IMG/VR virus record: IMGVR_UViG_3300038530_000595
Location: 1-27,531 of that record
Strand: one strand, 5' to 3'
DNA: 27,531 nucleotides
Source of the DNA: a virus
Lineage: Duplodnaviria > Caudoviricetes
Positions 26,394 through 27,531 of the stretch are shown in pieces. The notes under the pieces were generated by a model. It had not been told where the DNA came from and did not search any database. It saw nothing but the letters and a program-made list of their open reading frames with translations. The position numbers and the translations under genes are program-made. Position 1 is the first letter of the stretch, and each line of letters begins with the position of its first letter.

Positions 26394-26699
26394 TTAAGCC
26401 ATTTTTTTCTTGTTACTGGCTTTTTTCTTTTTCTTATTTAAAAAAGCCTGAAGACCAGGGTTAAGTTTACCTTTTGTTTTAGACGTAGTTTTGTTTTTTA
26501 CCTTTTGAATTGCTTTGTTTAACTCAGTTTTTTTATTTAAAGCACCACCTAATCTTTTCTTGATTGTTGGTTTAGCTTCAAGTTGAATTATTTTATCTTC
26601 CAATCTTTGAATTTTTCTTGTTAATATATTTTCATTTTTCATTTTATCAGCAATTTGTTTTCTTAAACCAGACATAGTTTGTTTTGTTGTATCAGGCAT
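26394..26699 (-). CDS. Lysine-rich hypothetical protein
   Basis: 101 aa, coiled-coil-like N-terminus, KKRLGG and a poly-Lys tail. TAATG coupling and an AGGAG RBS. Confidence 0.65.
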   Translation of the reverse strand: MPDTTKQTMSGLRKQIADKMKNENILTRKIQRLEDKIIQLEAKPTIKKRLGGALNKKTELNKAIQKVKNKTTSKTKGKLNPGLQAFLNKKKKKASNKKKMA

Positions 26700-26977
26700 T
26701 ATTTCTTTCTCCTCTTAAGTGATTTAACTCTTCTTGGTTTACCCGCTGGTTGTCCTAATCTCTTCTTCTGTGCTATCCTACTACGTTTTTCAGCCGCTGT
26801 CATCTCTGATGCTGTTTTTGGTGTTTTCTTAGAAATACGTTTAGTTGGTCTACAATAAGGAGTGCCTCTTTTTTCACCCTTTTGTCTTCCACACTTCTTA
26901 CCAGTTCTTTGATCTTTCCAATCTTCCTTGAACCATCTTTTAAGTGCTAAACCAGCTTTTGTTTTTCTAACTGCCAT
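26699..26977 (-). CDS. Basic conserved phage protein
   Basis: Start moved to the ATG at 26977 (TAATG coupling). LKRWFKEDW.D...CGR...PYCRP..RIS.KTPKT. Confidence 0.75.
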   Translation of the reverse strand: MAVRKTKAGLALKRWFKEDWKDQRTGKKCGRQKGEKRGTPYCRPTKRISKKTPKTASEMTAAEKRSRIAQKKRLGQPAGKPRRVKSLKRRKK

Positions 26978-27261
26978 TATGCGTAAAACGTTTCTTTTCT
27001 TCTCATAACAACACCACAACCACGTGCTATGTTTTTGTTTTTAGTAGCACGTTTTCTGTTATTTTTTGGCATGGTTGCGCCACCATTGTTTAACATAATT
27101 ACGCCACCTTCTGCTTTTTTCTTTGTCTTTTTCTTTTTGCCACCAGTGCCATAGTTTGCAGCACCAACTTTTCTACATTTAGCAATTGCTCCTGATGCAT
27201 AAGCTGATGGAAAAACCTTATATCTAGCTTTAACCTTATGATAACATGCGTCTTTTGGCAT
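26977..27261 (-). CDS. Basic conserved phage protein
   Basis: DACYHKVKARYKVFPSAYASGAIAKCRK, KKAEGG and ARGCG. AGGAG RBS. Confidence 0.75.
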   Translation of the reverse strand: MPKDACYHKVKARYKVFPSAYASGAIAKCRKVGAANYGTGGKKKKTKKKAEGGVIMLNNGGATMPKNNRKRATKNKNIARGCGVVMRRKETFYA

Positions 27262-27368
27262 TATGTTCTCCTTTGTTTATTACAAATGCATGACCATTTT
27301 TTATGTTTACAGTAAACACAGTATTTAACTGGACTACCTTTTACTACTTCTCCTTTTTTTAGCGGCAC
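27261..27368 (-). CDS. Possible small Cys-rich peptide (35 aa, below the ORF-track cutoff)
   Basis: GTG start giving MPLKKGEVVKGSPVKYCVYCKHKKWSCICNKQRRT. Its TAA overlaps the next ATG (TAATG). Confidence 0.4.
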   Translation of the reverse strand: MPLKKGEVVKGSPVKYCVYCKHKKWSCICNKQRRT

Positions 27369-27495
27369 AATGTGCTCTTTCAGAAAATCCTTTAGGTCGT
27401 TTGCAATCGATCTTTCTCTTCCTCTTGGCACTCCACTTTTTCTTTCTTGGTGGATTGGTCACTTGTTTTGACATTTGTGACCTACCCATAGTCAT
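27334..27495 (-). CDS. Small basic protein (53 aa, not in the ORF track)
   Basis: MTMGRSQMSKQVTNPPRKKKWSAKRKRKIDCKRPKGFSERAHCAAKKRRSSKR. Its ATG overlaps the upstream TAA. Confidence 0.7.
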   Translation of the reverse strand: MTMGRSQMSKQVTNPPRKKKWSAKRKRKIDCKRPKGFSERAHCAAKKRRSSKR

Positions 27496-27531
27496 TATAT
27501 TAGTTGCTCCAAACCACTAGCAACTATAATT
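27495..27531 (-). CDS. 3' end of an upstream gene (truncated by the window)
   Basis: ...IIVASGLEQLI* ending in a TAATG overlap. Confidence 0.45.
   Translation of the reverse strand, partial: IIVASGLEQLI

Noticed and set aside
26978-27019. ORF-track N-terminal extension (MWCCYEK...) of the 26699 gene
   Set aside because: It overlaps the upstream gene, and the TAATG-coupled ATG at 26977 is preferred.
1-27531. CRISPR arrays, tRNA/rRNA genes, integrase or transposase
   Set aside because: The window is almost fully coding with only very short gaps, and I found no repeat-spacer pattern, cloverleaf or recombinase motif by eye.

Overview
A 27.5-kb piece of an AT-rich tailed dsDNA phage genome. It has a podovirus-like layout and resembles marine phages of Alphaproteobacteria, though lineage and host are inferred, not verified. 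The + strand (1-5353) holds a replication module: the end of a probable primase, an AlpA-like HTH, a UvrD-like helicase, DUF6378, a PAPS-reductase-like protein and a Leu762-type DNA polymerase A. It meets head-on a long - strand morphogenesis operon of small basic proteins, two adaptor-like proteins, tail and fibre proteins, a gp38-like adhesin, a split nozzle gene, ejection proteins and a T4-type endolysin. The main finding is a six-gene enzyme cassette (14946-19093) inside the tail module, just downstream of the adhesin genes. It encodes four different 2OG-Fe(II) oxygenases, an orphan QueC-like PP-loop enzyme and an atypical MetC-like PLP enzyme. It has its own sigma70-like promoter, and a second, apparently leaderless promoter follows it. 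Other notable points are a blue-copper-like site in a probable virion protein, a glycosyltransferase-like gene among the structural genes, and short motifs (WG triads, VGTV strands, xxGG) shared between probable virion proteins. I saw no tRNA, rRNA, CRISPR array, integrase or transposase. All product calls come from motif recognition, not database searches.
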